From an uncultured Acidobacteriota bacterium (GTDB lineage: Bacteria; Acidobacteriota; Vicinamibacteria; Fen-336): 64,000 bases of DNA. A model generated the notes under the pieces. The model did not search any database, was not told the DNA's origin, and saw only the letters and a program-made list of their open reading frames with translations. How positions within the stretch are numbered: the stretch's first letter is position 1; every line of letters starts with the position of its first letter. The position numbers and the translations under genes are program-made. The stretch spans positions 4,000,001 through 4,064,000 of the forward strand of contig OY970399.1 in assembly GCA_963720545.1 (NCBI GenBank), given 5' to 3'. Below are positions 8,687-17,479 of this stretch, in pieces.

Positions 8687-10447
8687 ATGTCGGAAACGCT
8701 CAAAGCCAGTCCTGCGCCTGCAGACGCAGCCGAAGTGTCCGAAAAACCCATGTTCAACGCCGAGGAGTACGAACGCCTCCTCGACATGTACGACGTCAGC
8801 TTCAAGAACTTCGCCGAGGGCGAGGTGGTGCGCGGTGTCGTGCTGCGCGTCGGCTCGGGCGAAGCGATCGTCGACGTGGGCTACAAGTCGGAAGGCATCA
8901 TCTCGCTCGACGAGTTCAAGGACGAGACGGGCCAGGTCACGATCAAGGCAGGCGACATCGTCGAGGTGCTGCTCGAGAAGACCGAGGACCGCGACGGCTA
9001 CATCGTCCTGTCGAAGGAAAAAGCCGAGAAGATGAAGGTCTGGGACGACGTCGAGCGCGCCTATCAGGAGCGCCGCGTGGTCACCGGACGAGTGATCGAA
9101 CGAGTGAAGGGCGGGCTCGCCGTCGACATCGGCGTGCGCGCGTTCCTGCCGGGCAGCCAGGTGGACGTGCGGCCGGTGCGCAACCTCGACGCGCTGAAGG
9201 GGCAGGAGCTCCGCATGCGCGTCATCAAGGTCAACAAGAAGCGCGGCAACATCGTGCTCTCGCGCAAGGCGGTCCTCGAAGAGGAGAACTCCGAACGCAA
9301 GCGCGACACCCTCGAGAACCTCGAGGAGGGCCGCATCGTCGTCGGCTCGGTCAAGAACATCACCGACTACGGCGCCTTCATCGACCTCGGTGGCATCGAC
9401 GGGCTGCTGCACATCACCGACATGTCGTGGGGCCGCATCAACCATCCGAGCGAGGTCCTGAACGTCGGCGACGAGATCAAGGTGCAGATCCTGAAGTTCG
9501 ACCGCGACACCGAGCGCGTCTCGCTCGGCCTGAAGCAGTTGAAGGGCGATCCCTGGAGCACGGCGCCTGCGAAGTACCCGACCGGCAGCCGCGTCAAGGG
9601 CAAGGTCGTTAGCCTCACCGACTACGGCGCCTTCGTCGAGCTCGAAGAGGGCGTCGAGGGCCTGATCCACGTTTCCGAGATGTCCTGGTCGAAGAAGGTG
9701 AAGCATCCGTCCAAGGTGCTCGCCGTCGGCCAGGAGGTCGAGTGCGCGGTGCTCGGCATCGACCAGGAAGCGCACCGCATCAGCCTCGGCCTGAAGCAGA
9801 CCGAGTCGAATCCGTGGGAGCAGCTGGTCGCGAAGTACCCGGTCGGCTCGAAGATCAACGGCAAGGTCAGAAACCTCACCGAGTTCGGCGCGTTCGTCGA
9901 GGTCGAAGAGGGCATCGACGGGCTCATCCACATCTCGGACCTCAGCTGGACCAAGCGCGTCAAGCACCCTTCGGAGCTCCTGAAGAAGGGCGACGTGGTC
10001 GAGGCCATCGTCCTCAACGTGGACGCCGAGAACCAGCGGCTGTCGCTGGGCCTCAAGCAACTCGCCACCGACATCTGGGACGAGTTCTTCGCGCACCACA
10101 AGGTCGGCGACATCGTCCAGGGCAAGATCGCACGCCTCACCAACTTCGGCGCGTTCGTCGAACTGGCGGAGGGCATCGAGGGCCTGGTGCACGTCTCGGA
10201 ACTCGACGAGAAGCGCGTCGACAAGCCCGAGGAGCAGTTCAAGGCCGGCGACACCCACCCCATGAAGATCATCAAGATCCAGGAAGGCGAGAAGAAGATC
10301 GGCCTTTCGATCCGCGCGGTCAAGAGCGACGAGGTCCAGAGCGACTTCGCGACCTACCGCGAGAGCATGGGCGACCATCGATCGACACTCGGCGACGCCT
10401 TCCGCGCCGCAGCGGCGAAGGAGTCGGCCGAAGATCAGGAAGAGTAG
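8687..10447 (+). CDS. rpsA: 30S ribosomal protein S1
   Basis: Six S1 repeats (DVGYKSEG, AFLPGSQVD, YGAFIDLGGIDGLLH, YGAFVELEEGVEGLIHVSEM and so on). Confidence 0.98.
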   Translation: MSETLKASPAPADAAEVSEKPMFNAEEYERLLDMYDVSFKNFAEGEVVRGVVLRVGSGEAIVDVGYKSEGIISLDEFKDETGQVTIKAGDIVEVLLEKTEDRDGYIVLSKEKAEKMKVWDDVERAYQERRVVTGRVIERVKGGLAVDIGVRAFLPGSQVDVRPVRNLDALKGQELRMRVIKVNKKRGNIVLSRKAVLEEENSERKRDTLENLEEGRIVVGSVKNITDYGAFIDLGGIDGLLHITDMSWGRINHPSEVLNVGDEIKVQILKFDRDTERVSLGLKQLKGDPWSTAPAKYPTGSRVKGKVVSLTDYGAFVELEEGVEGLIHVSEMSWSKKVKHPSKVLAVGQEVECAVLGIDQEAHRISLGLKQTESNPWEQLVAKYPVGSKINGKVRNLTEFGAFVEVEEGIDGLIHISDLSWTKRVKHPSELLKKGDVVEAIVLNVDAENQRLSLGLKQLATDIWDEFFAHHKVGDIVQGKIARLTNFGAFVELAEGIEGLVHVSELDEKRVDKPEEQFKAGDTHPMKIIKIQEGEKKIGLSIRAVKSDEVQSDFATYRESMGDHRSTLGDAFRAAAAKESAEDQEE

Positions 10448-10453
10448 CCGCTC

Positions 10454-10780
10454 TTGACGCGAGCCGAGCTCGTCGAAGAGCTGGCCCGTGAGTCCACGCT
10501 GCCTCGCAAGCAGTGCGAGGTGGTGGTGGACGCCGTGTTCGACTCGATCATAGGCGCCCTGCGCGGCGGTGATCGGGTCGAGCTGCGCGGCTTCGGCACT
10601 TTCAGGCTGCGGCGCCGCCGCAGCCGCCGCGGCCGCAACCCCAAGACCGGCGCGCACGTCGTGGTCGAGGCGAAGCGCGTGCCGCACTTCAAGCCCGGCA
10701 AGGAACTGCGCGACCTCGTCAATGTCGATGCCGACGGGGACGCCTCAAGCAGAGAAGGCAAGGGCGAGGACGAAAGCTGA
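10454..10780 (+). CDS. ihfB: Integration host factor beta / HU-family protein
   Basis: RVELRGFGTF, GRNPKTG, VPHFKPGKEL; conserved position after rpsA. Confidence 0.85.
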   Translation: MTRAELVEELARESTLPRKQCEVVVDAVFDSIIGALRGGDRVELRGFGTFRLRRRRSRRGRNPKTGAHVVVEAKRVPHFKPGKELRDLVNVDADGDASSREGKGEDES

Positions 10781-10785
10781 CGGGC

Positions 10786-11268
10786 ATGGAGCGCATCTAT
10801 GCCCCGTGGAGGGCGAAGTACGTGCAAGGCGGCGTCAACGAACCCGGCTGCGTCCTGTGCAAGGCATACGCGGCGCGCGACCAGGAAGAGAGCCTCGTGC
10901 TGCAGACCGGGCGCGAGAATTTCGTGCTCCTCAACCTCTACCCGTACACCTCCGGGCACCTGATGGTGGCGCCCGTGCGCCACGTCGCGAGCCTCACCGA
11001 GGCGACGCCCTCCGAACTGGCCGAGATGATGACGCTGGCCCGCACCGCTGAAGCGGCGCTGCGCGAGACCTACGACGCGCAGGGGTTCAACATCGGCATG
11101 AACCTCGGCAAGGTGGCGGGCGCGGGCGTCGAAGGCCACCTGCACCTGCACGTGGTGCCGCGCTGGGGCGGCGACACCAACTTCATGAGCGCGGTGGGCA
11201 ACACCCGGGTGCTGCCCGAGGACCTGCAGACCACGCGCCGAAAGCTGCTACCGCTGTTCGTGCGATGA
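10786..11268 (+). CDS. HIT-family nucleotide hydrolase
   Basis: CVLC, LNLYPYTSGHLM, HLHLHVVPRW histidine triad. Confidence 0.92.
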   Translation: MERIYAPWRAKYVQGGVNEPGCVLCKAYAARDQEESLVLQTGRENFVLLNLYPYTSGHLMVAPVRHVASLTEATPSELAEMMTLARTAEAALRETYDAQGFNIGMNLGKVAGAGVEGHLHLHVVPRWGGDTNFMSAVGNTRVLPEDLQTTRRKLLPLFVR

Positions 11269-12095
11269 AGTTCGCCAAGGCAACCGGCCTCGGCAACGAT
11301 TTCATCCTGGTCGAGGCTGCGAACGTGCCGCACGATTCGGCGCCGTGGGCGCAGCGGCTCTGCGACCGCCACTTCGGCATCGGCGGCGACGGCATCCTGG
11401 TGTACGCGCCGATCGACGGCGGCGTTTCGATGCGCCTCATCAACCACGACGGCAGCGAAGCCGAGATCTCCGCGAACGGCGTGCGCTGCCTCGCGGCATT
11501 TGCAGTCGCCCGGGGCATCGCTGCGCCGCGCCACGAGGTGGATGCCACCGGGCGGCGAGCGGTCGAGGTGACTGAGGCCTCGGGCAATCGCTACCTGGTG
11601 CGCACCGACCTCGGCGCGCCGCGGCTGCGCAGCGACCAGATCCCGATGGACCTGCCCGAGTCGCCGACGGTCATCGCGCATCCCATCGAAGCCGCAGGCG
11701 AGCGCCTCGCGATCACCGGCGTCAGCTTCGCCAACCCGCACGGCGTCGTGTTCATGGACGAGGTCATCGGCGACGAGCGGCTGCGGCTGCTCGGCCACGC
11801 GCTCGAGCGCCACCCGATCTTCCCGCAGCGCGCCAACATCGAGTTCGTCACCGTGCTCTCCCGCACGCGGCTGCGCATGCGCATCTGGGAGCGCGGCGTC
11901 GGCGTGACGCTCGCGTCGGGCACCGGCTCCGCCGCCTCCGCCACCGCGGCCATCCTGAACGGCCTTTCCGACCGAGAGGTGACGGTCGAGTGCGACGGCG
12001 GCTCGCTGCTGTGCGCCTGGACGGAAGGCGGCCACCTCATCCAGCAGGGCGAGGTGGAACTGCTGTTCGAAGGCGACTGGCTGCCGGTTCTCTAG
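11265..12095 (+). CDS. dapF: Diaminopimelate epimerase (Ser/Ser active-site variant)
   Basis: GLGNDF, CDRHFGIGGDG, NPH, NIEF, WERGVG; both catalytic Cys positions are Ser. Confidence 0.88.
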   Translation: MKFAKATGLGNDFILVEAANVPHDSAPWAQRLCDRHFGIGGDGILVYAPIDGGVSMRLINHDGSEAEISANGVRCLAAFAVARGIAAPRHEVDATGRRAVEVTEASGNRYLVRTDLGAPRLRSDQIPMDLPESPTVIAHPIEAAGERLAITGVSFANPHGVVFMDEVIGDERLRLLGHALERHPIFPQRANIEFVTVLSRTRLRMRIWERGVGVTLASGTGSAASATAAILNGLSDREVTVECDGGSLLCAWTEGGHLIQQGEVELLFEGDWLPVL

Positions 12096-12673
12096 CGAGC
12101 CTTCGTCGGACGCCGTGGCGGCGCGCAGGCGGCCTTCGCCTGGGCGACGGCTTCCTTCACCACCGGGACTTCTTCGTGGACCGACACCAGGTCGGCTTCG
12201 TCGAGGTGGCGCTGCATCGTCTGCGTGAAGTCCTGCGCCTGGTCGAGCAGGCTCTGGCAGTCGTTGGGGGCGGGCACGGTCGGCGCGGGGGTTGCCGCCT
12301 TTGCGGGAAAGCGGCGGGCGAGGATGGCGAGCGCTTCCGACGATTCCTTGACGACAGCCGAGGCTGTCACCTGCAGCTCGCGCTTCGCGGCTTCCGACGC
12401 TTCGAGGGCAGCGCGGGCCTTCTGGGTGGCGTCGAGCGCCGCCGACAGCGCCGGGCGATAGTCGCGAACCTTCACCTTCTCGCGCGCGGTGTCGAGCGCC
12501 GCTTCTGCTTCGTCGACCGCCGCGGCCGCGAACACGTCGGCATCGCCGTCCAGTGCTCGCTGGAATTCCGACTGTGCGATCTCGAGTTCCTTGGTGGGAG
12601 GGCTGTCGCAGCCGGCGGCGACGAAGGCCGAGGCGGCGGTGCACAGGGCGAGGAACGGGTTGCGCCGGATCAA
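12092..12673 (-). CDS. Helical lipoprotein (DUF4398-like)
   Basis: TTG start overlapping the upstream stop; lipobox VAAGC followed by SPPTKELEIAQ; Ala-rich helices. Confidence 0.6.
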   Translation of the reverse strand: MIRRNPFLALCTAASAFVAAGCDSPPTKELEIAQSEFQRALDGDADVFAAAAVDEAEAALDTAREKVKVRDYRPALSAALDATQKARAALEASEAAKRELQVTASAVVKESSEALAILARRFPAKAATPAPTVPAPNDCQSLLDQAQDFTQTMQRHLDEADLVSVHEEVPVVKEAVAQAKAACAPPRRPTKAR

Positions 12674-13134
12674 GCTGTCACCGCGCCTTTCGCACGGTCG
12701 CCACACCACGCCACGAAGAGCGCCGCCAGTAGCATTGCCGCGTCCTGGGCGAGCAGCAGCATGCCCGCGTGGCGGCCGCTTTCGCTCACCGAGAAGCAGC
12801 CGCAGTTGGCGATGTCGATGCCGCGGTAGAGCGCGTGCGAGACGGCGGCGAGGAAGATGACGAGCAGCGCCGCCAGCACCGCGGCGGCTTCGCGGCGCCA
12901 GACGTTCGCGATGAGGCACAGGCCGGCGACGAGTTCCAGCCAGGGCAGCACCACCGCGAAGACGTTGGGAACGAGCGGCGGCAGGGCCGGGCTCGGGCCG
13001 ATCAACTGGTAGTGATAGACGATGCGGGCGAACTCGGCGGGCTTCCAGATCTTGTCCAGGCTCGCATAGACGAAGATTGCGCCCAGCACGGCGCCGACCA
13101 GATAGCGAAACGCCGCGGAACGCAGGAAGTTCAG
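12670..13134 (-). CDS. MauE/DoxX-family membrane protein (start uncertain)
   Basis: LGAIFVYASLDKI, LPWLELVAG, GIDIANCGCF; probable CTG start overlapping the upstream stop. Confidence 0.82.
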   Translation of the reverse strand: MNFLRSAAFRYLVGAVLGAIFVYASLDKIWKPAEFARIVYHYQLIGPSPALPPLVPNVFAVVLPWLELVAGLCLIANVWRREAAAVLAALLVIFLAAVSHALYRGIDIANCGCFSVSESGRHAGMLLLAQDAAMLLAALFVAWCGDRAKGAVTA

Positions 13135-13583
13135 GGCTTTTTCCCGTCGATCGGGTAGCCGGCGTCGGTCCATGCCGGCCAGCCGTCATGCACGACCACC
13201 GCCGGGATGCCGGCGGCCTTCAGCTTGCGTGCGACGTTGTGGCTCGCCTCGCAGCCGAAGCCGCTGCAGTAGACGACGATGTCGAGGCTCGACCGCAGGC
13301 GCTTTTCGGCGGCGGCGAAGGCCGCGTCGTAGGCGTCGTCGGGTACGGAGATGGCGCCGGGGATGCGTTCGAAATCGTAGACGTCGCGCGGCCGTGCGTC
13401 CACGAACAGCGCCCCCTGGTCGAAGCGCTTCTTCGCCTCCTCGACCGCGATGATCTCGTCGCCGGGCTTCACCAGCACGTTGCCCTTCAAGGTCAGGCCC
13501 CGCCCGCTCGCGGCGTTCCAGGTGAGACCCAGGGCGAGCGCGGCGAGCGGCAGGAGCAGGAGGCGTGGGGCGCGCAATTTCAT
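13131..13583 (-). CDS. Membrane-anchored rhodanese-like protein
   Basis: N-terminal TM; FVDAR, RIPGAISVP, VVYCSGFGC, GWPAW. Confidence 0.85.
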   Translation of the reverse strand: MKLRAPRLLLLPLAALALGLTWNAASGRGLTLKGNVLVKPGDEIIAVEEAKKRFDQGALFVDARPRDVYDFERIPGAISVPDDAYDAAFAAAEKRLRSSLDIVVYCSGFGCEASHNVARKLKAAGIPAVVVHDGWPAWTDAGYPIDGKKP

Positions 13584-13676
13584 GAGCGGCAGGATCGAAC
13601 CGTAACACAGCCGCGCGCGGCCCTCAAGAAATGGCGCAAGTCGCCGGATCGTGGTACTTTAGCCGGCCTTAGGCGC

Positions 13677-14432
13677 ATGGCTCCCCTGACCTCCGACGCC
13701 CTCGTCTTGCGCTCGTACCCGCTCCGTGAGCAAAGCCGGATCGTGGTGCTCCTGACCCGTGAAAAGGGCAAGGTTCGCGGTGTCGTACGCGGCGCGCGCG
13801 GCCCCAGGAGCCAAATGGGCGCGGCCCTGGAGCCGCTCTCCGAGGTACGGGTCTCGATCTACGGACGGCAAGGCGCCGAACTCGTCACGCTCGGCGGGCT
13901 GGAGCTTCTCAAGTCGACGTTCGCGGCCGGCAGTCGCGGGCCCGAAGCCGGCATGACGCTTTCCTATATCGCCGACCTCGTCGATGCGTTCAGCGTCGAG
14001 GGCGAAACCGAGGACACGGTCTATCGGCTCGCGCGCACGCTTGCCGACGCGCTGCTGGGCGATACCACGCCCGCGACGCTCGCGCGCTACGCCGAGGCCT
14101 GGATCCTGAAGCTTCATGGCATCTACCCGTCACTCGCGCATTGCGCCACCTGCAGCAGCGCCCTTGCTGGCGGCGAGCTGCGCTATGACGAGCGTGCGCA
14201 CGGCTTCCTTTGCGACAACTGCGGCCGCGCGTCCGGGCCGATGCTCGGGCTCGAGGCGCGGCTTGGCCTGCGCCAGCTGCTCACGACCGCGCCCGCCGAG
14301 TGCGGCGGGATCGACGTTGCCGACCTCGCCGCGATCGAGGCATTCCACCAGAAGCTCATCACGCGCCACCTGGAGCGCGAAGTGCGCTCGTACCGCGTGC
14401 TGCGCGACGTGGCGCGCGAGATGCACCGGTGA
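13677..14432 (+). CDS. recO: DNA repair protein RecO
   Basis: [26 protein letters not shown]; zinc finger CATC...CDNC; upstream of glyQ. Confidence 0.9.
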   Translation: MAPLTSDALVLRSYPLREQSRIVVLLTREKGKVRGVVRGARGPRSQMGAALEPLSEVRVSIYGRQGAELVTLGGLELLKSTFAAGSRGPEAGMTLSYIADLVDAFSVEGETEDTVYRLARTLADALLGDTTPATLARYAEAWILKLHGIYPSLAHCATCSSALAGGELRYDERAHGFLCDNCGRASGPMLGLEARLGLRQLLTTAPAECGGIDVADLAAIEAFHQKLITRHLEREVRSYRVLRDVAREMHR

Positions 14433-14436
14433 AGCA

Positions 14437-15312
14437 GTGAAGGGCCTGAGCCTGCAGGACCTCATCTTCACGCTCACCACCTTCTGGGCCGAGCGCGGTT
14501 GCCTCATCCAGCAGCCGTGGGATGCCGAAGTCGGCGCCGGCACCATGCACCCGGAGACTTTCTTCCGCGTGCTGCGCTCGACACCATGGAGCGTCGCGTA
14601 CGTGCAGCCGTCGCGGCGTCCCGCCGACGGCCGCTACGGCGAGAACCCGAACCGCCTCTACAAGCATCATCAACTGCAGGTGATCCTCAAGCCGTCGCCG
14701 CCGAGCATCCAGGACGTGTACCTCGACAGCCTCAAGCAGATCGGCATCGATCCGGCGCGCCACGATGTGCGCTTCGAGGAGGACAACTGGGAGTCGCCGA
14801 CGCTCGGCGCGTGGGGCATCGGCTGGCAGGTGCTGCTCGACGGCCAGGAGATCACGCAGTTCACGTATTTCCAGCAGGCGGGCGGCATCGAGCTCGCGCC
14901 GATCTCCGCGGAGATCACGTACGGGCTGGAGCGCATCGCGATGTACCTCCAGGATGTCGAGAGCGTTTACGACCTGCGCTGGTCCAGGGACGTCACGTAC
15001 CGCGAGGTGCGCCACGAAGAGGAGTACCAGCTGTCGCGCTACTCGTTCGAGGACGCGGACGTGGAACTCTTCCGCCAGACCTTCGACAGGGCGCTCGTCG
15101 AAGGAGCCCGCACGCTCGGGCGCGCGGGAGGGCATTCGTACCTGCCGGCCTACGACTGGTGCCTGAAGGCGTCGCACGCCTTCAACGTGCTCGATGCGCG
15201 GGGCGCCATCTCGGTGAGCCAGCGTGCCGCGATGATCCTCTCGATCCGCAAGCTGGCGTGCGCGGTGGCCGCGGCGTACGTGGCGCCGGAACCGGACGCC
15301 GCCCGTGGCTGA
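14437..15312 (+). CDS. glyQ: Glycine-tRNA ligase alpha subunit
   Basis: [52 protein letters not shown]. Confidence 0.97.
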   Translation: MKGLSLQDLIFTLTTFWAERGCLIQQPWDAEVGAGTMHPETFFRVLRSTPWSVAYVQPSRRPADGRYGENPNRLYKHHQLQVILKPSPPSIQDVYLDSLKQIGIDPARHDVRFEEDNWESPTLGAWGIGWQVLLDGQEITQFTYFQQAGGIELAPISAEITYGLERIAMYLQDVESVYDLRWSRDVTYREVRHEEEYQLSRYSFEDADVELFRQTFDRALVEGARTLGRAGGHSYLPAYDWCLKASHAFNVLDARGAISVSQRAAMILSIRKLACAVAAAYVAPEPDAARG

Positions 15313-17479
15313 GTTCCTGCTCGAGATCGGCTGCGAGGAGATACCCGCGGGCTGGCTTGCCGACCTCGAAAAGCAGTTCGCCGCAGGTGCCTTGAAGGCG
15401 CTGCAGGGTGCCGGCCTCGAACCGGCGGATCTCGTCTCGGCCGCGACGCCGCGTCGGCTCGTCGTCAGCGCGCAGGTCGCGGCTCGACAGCAGGACCGCG
15501 AAACCTCGACGTTCGGCCCGTCGCTCAAGCAGGCGAAAGACGCGGCCGGCAACTGGACGCCGGCGGCGCTCGGCTTCGCCAGGAAGAACGGTGTCGCGCC
15601 CGAGGCGCTGGCGATTGGCCCGAAGGACCCCGCGAAGCCGGGCGAACTGAACCTGCTGTCCGTGCAGAAGGTGCCGGGGCAGGACGCAGCCTCCGTGCTG
15701 CCTGAACTCCTGGCGCCGCTTCTCCGCGGAATCGCCTTTCCCAAGCGCATGAACTGGGACGCGTGGCTCGACGACGGCAAGGGTGCCTTCGCCTTCGGTC
15801 GCCCGATCCGCTGGGTCGTGGCGCTCCTCGGCCGGGCGGTGCTCCCGTTCACGATCTTCGCCACCGTTGACGGCGCCAGGGGCGATGCCTCCGTGAAGAG
15901 CGGGAACGCCACGCGCGGCCATCGTTCGCTCGGGCCGGCCGCGGGGGCCGCGGTCCCGGTCTCGGGTTTTGGCGACCTCGAGGCGAAGCTTGCGCTCAAC
16001 AAGGTGGTGCTGCGCCGTGCTGCGCGCTCGCGGCTCATCCAGGATCAGCTCGCCGCGGCAGTCGGCACAGGCACCATCACGGGGTTCACTCGCATGGCGC
16101 AGGACGAGTGGCCGGATCTCGTCGAGCATCCCGCGGTCGTGTCGGGCGTGGTGCCGGCGGAATTCGCACCGCTGCCGGTCGCGGTGCGCGACACGGTGCT
16201 CGCGCACCACCAGAAGTACGTGCCGTTCACGGATGGCGCGGGCGCGCTGCGCTTTGCCGCGGTCACCAACAACGAGAAGCAGAACGCCGGCGAAATCGTC
16301 CGTGGCATGGAGCGCGTGGTGACAGCGCGGCTGCGCGACGCCGCGTTCTTCTTCGCCGAGGACGGCAAGCACAAACTCGCGGATGCGGCGCAGCGGCTGT
16401 CCGGCGTTACCTTCTTCCACGGGCTCGGCAGCTACGCCGACAAAGCCGAGCGGATGCGGGGGCTGATCGCGGCGATGGCGCAGCTCGGCATGCTCACCGC
16501 GGCTGAGGAACCGCTGGCGCAGCGCGCGGCGCTCCTGGCCAAGGCCGACCTGACGACGCTCATGGTGGGTGAGTTTCCGGAATTGCAGGGCACGATGGGT
16601 GCCTTGTACCTCGCCGCCGAAGGCGCCGACCCGGCCGTCATGCACGCGGTGCGGTGGCACTACGACGGGGTGCCAGGCGAGGCCGAGCCGGGGCAGCCGC
16701 GGGTAACCGCGGCCGTGGCGCTCGCCGACAAGCTCGACACGCTGGCGGCCCATTTTGCAGCCGGTAACATTCCCTCCGGCAGCCGCGACCCCTATGGACT
16801 GCGGCGCGCCGGCCTCGAGGCAGTGCGCGCAGCACTCTTCTCCTGGCCCGACGGCGGCAGGCGGCTCGACCTGCGTGCCCTGTTGAACAAGGCGCTGACC
16901 GGCGCCGCGGCGTTCGCGAAGCGCCCCGCGGCGGAGATCGCGGCGGACCTGGAGGCGTTCCTGCTGGAGCGCCTGCGCTTCGTACTGGCGAACCGCGGCG
17001 CCGAAAACGGACAGTGGTCGGCCGACGAGGTTGAAGCAGTGCTCGGCGCCCGCGAGCCGGATGCGCTTGGCGACCCGCAGGTGAGCCTGCCGCGCCTACT
17101 CGCGCTGCACGCGGTGCGCAGCCGCAACGCCGACGATTTCACCGCGCTCGCCGCGGCGTTCAAGCGCGTCAACAACATCCTGAAGCAGGCCGGCTACGCG
17201 CGTCCGTGGATTTACGAAAAGGCATTCACCGAACCCGCGGAGAAGGCACTGGCAGCCGCGCTCGCGGCGGCAGCCAACAACATCAAGAGCAGCGACGATC
17301 GGGCCGCCAGCCTCGCCATACTGGCCAGCCTGCGGCCGCACGTCGACAGGTTCTTCGATGAGGTGATGGTCATGGCCGACGACCCGGCGGTGCGGCGGGC
17401 GCGCCTGGGACTGCTGGGCGACCTGGTGGAACCGTTCTACCGCGTGGGTGACATTTCGAAACTTGGAGGTCAAGGGTGA
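15305..17479 (+). CDS. glyS: Glycine-tRNA ligase beta subunit
   Basis: [53 protein letters not shown]. Confidence 0.95.
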   Translation: MAEFLLEIGCEEIPAGWLADLEKQFAAGALKALQGAGLEPADLVSAATPRRLVVSAQVAARQQDRETSTFGPSLKQAKDAAGNWTPAALGFARKNGVAPEALAIGPKDPAKPGELNLLSVQKVPGQDAASVLPELLAPLLRGIAFPKRMNWDAWLDDGKGAFAFGRPIRWVVALLGRAVLPFTIFATVDGARGDASVKSGNATRGHRSLGPAAGAAVPVSGFGDLEAKLALNKVVLRRAARSRLIQDQLAAAVGTGTITGFTRMAQDEWPDLVEHPAVVSGVVPAEFAPLPVAVRDTVLAHHQKYVPFTDGAGALRFAAVTNNEKQNAGEIVRGMERVVTARLRDAAFFFAEDGKHKLADAAQRLSGVTFFHGLGSYADKAERMRGLIAAMAQLGMLTAAEEPLAQRAALLAKADLTTLMVGEFPELQGTMGALYLAAEGADPAVMHAVRWHYDGVPGEAEPGQPRVTAAVALADKLDTLAAHFAAGNIPSGSRDPYGLRRAGLEAVRAALFSWPDGGRRLDLRALLNKALTGAAAFAKRPAAEIAADLEAFLLERLRFVLANRGAENGQWSADEVEAVLGAREPDALGDPQVSLPRLLALHAVRSRNADDFTALAAAFKRVNNILKQAGYARPWIYEKAFTEPAEKALAAALAAAANNIKSSDDRAASLAILASLRPHVDRFFDEVMVMADDPAVRRARLGLLGDLVEPFYRVGDISKLGGQG

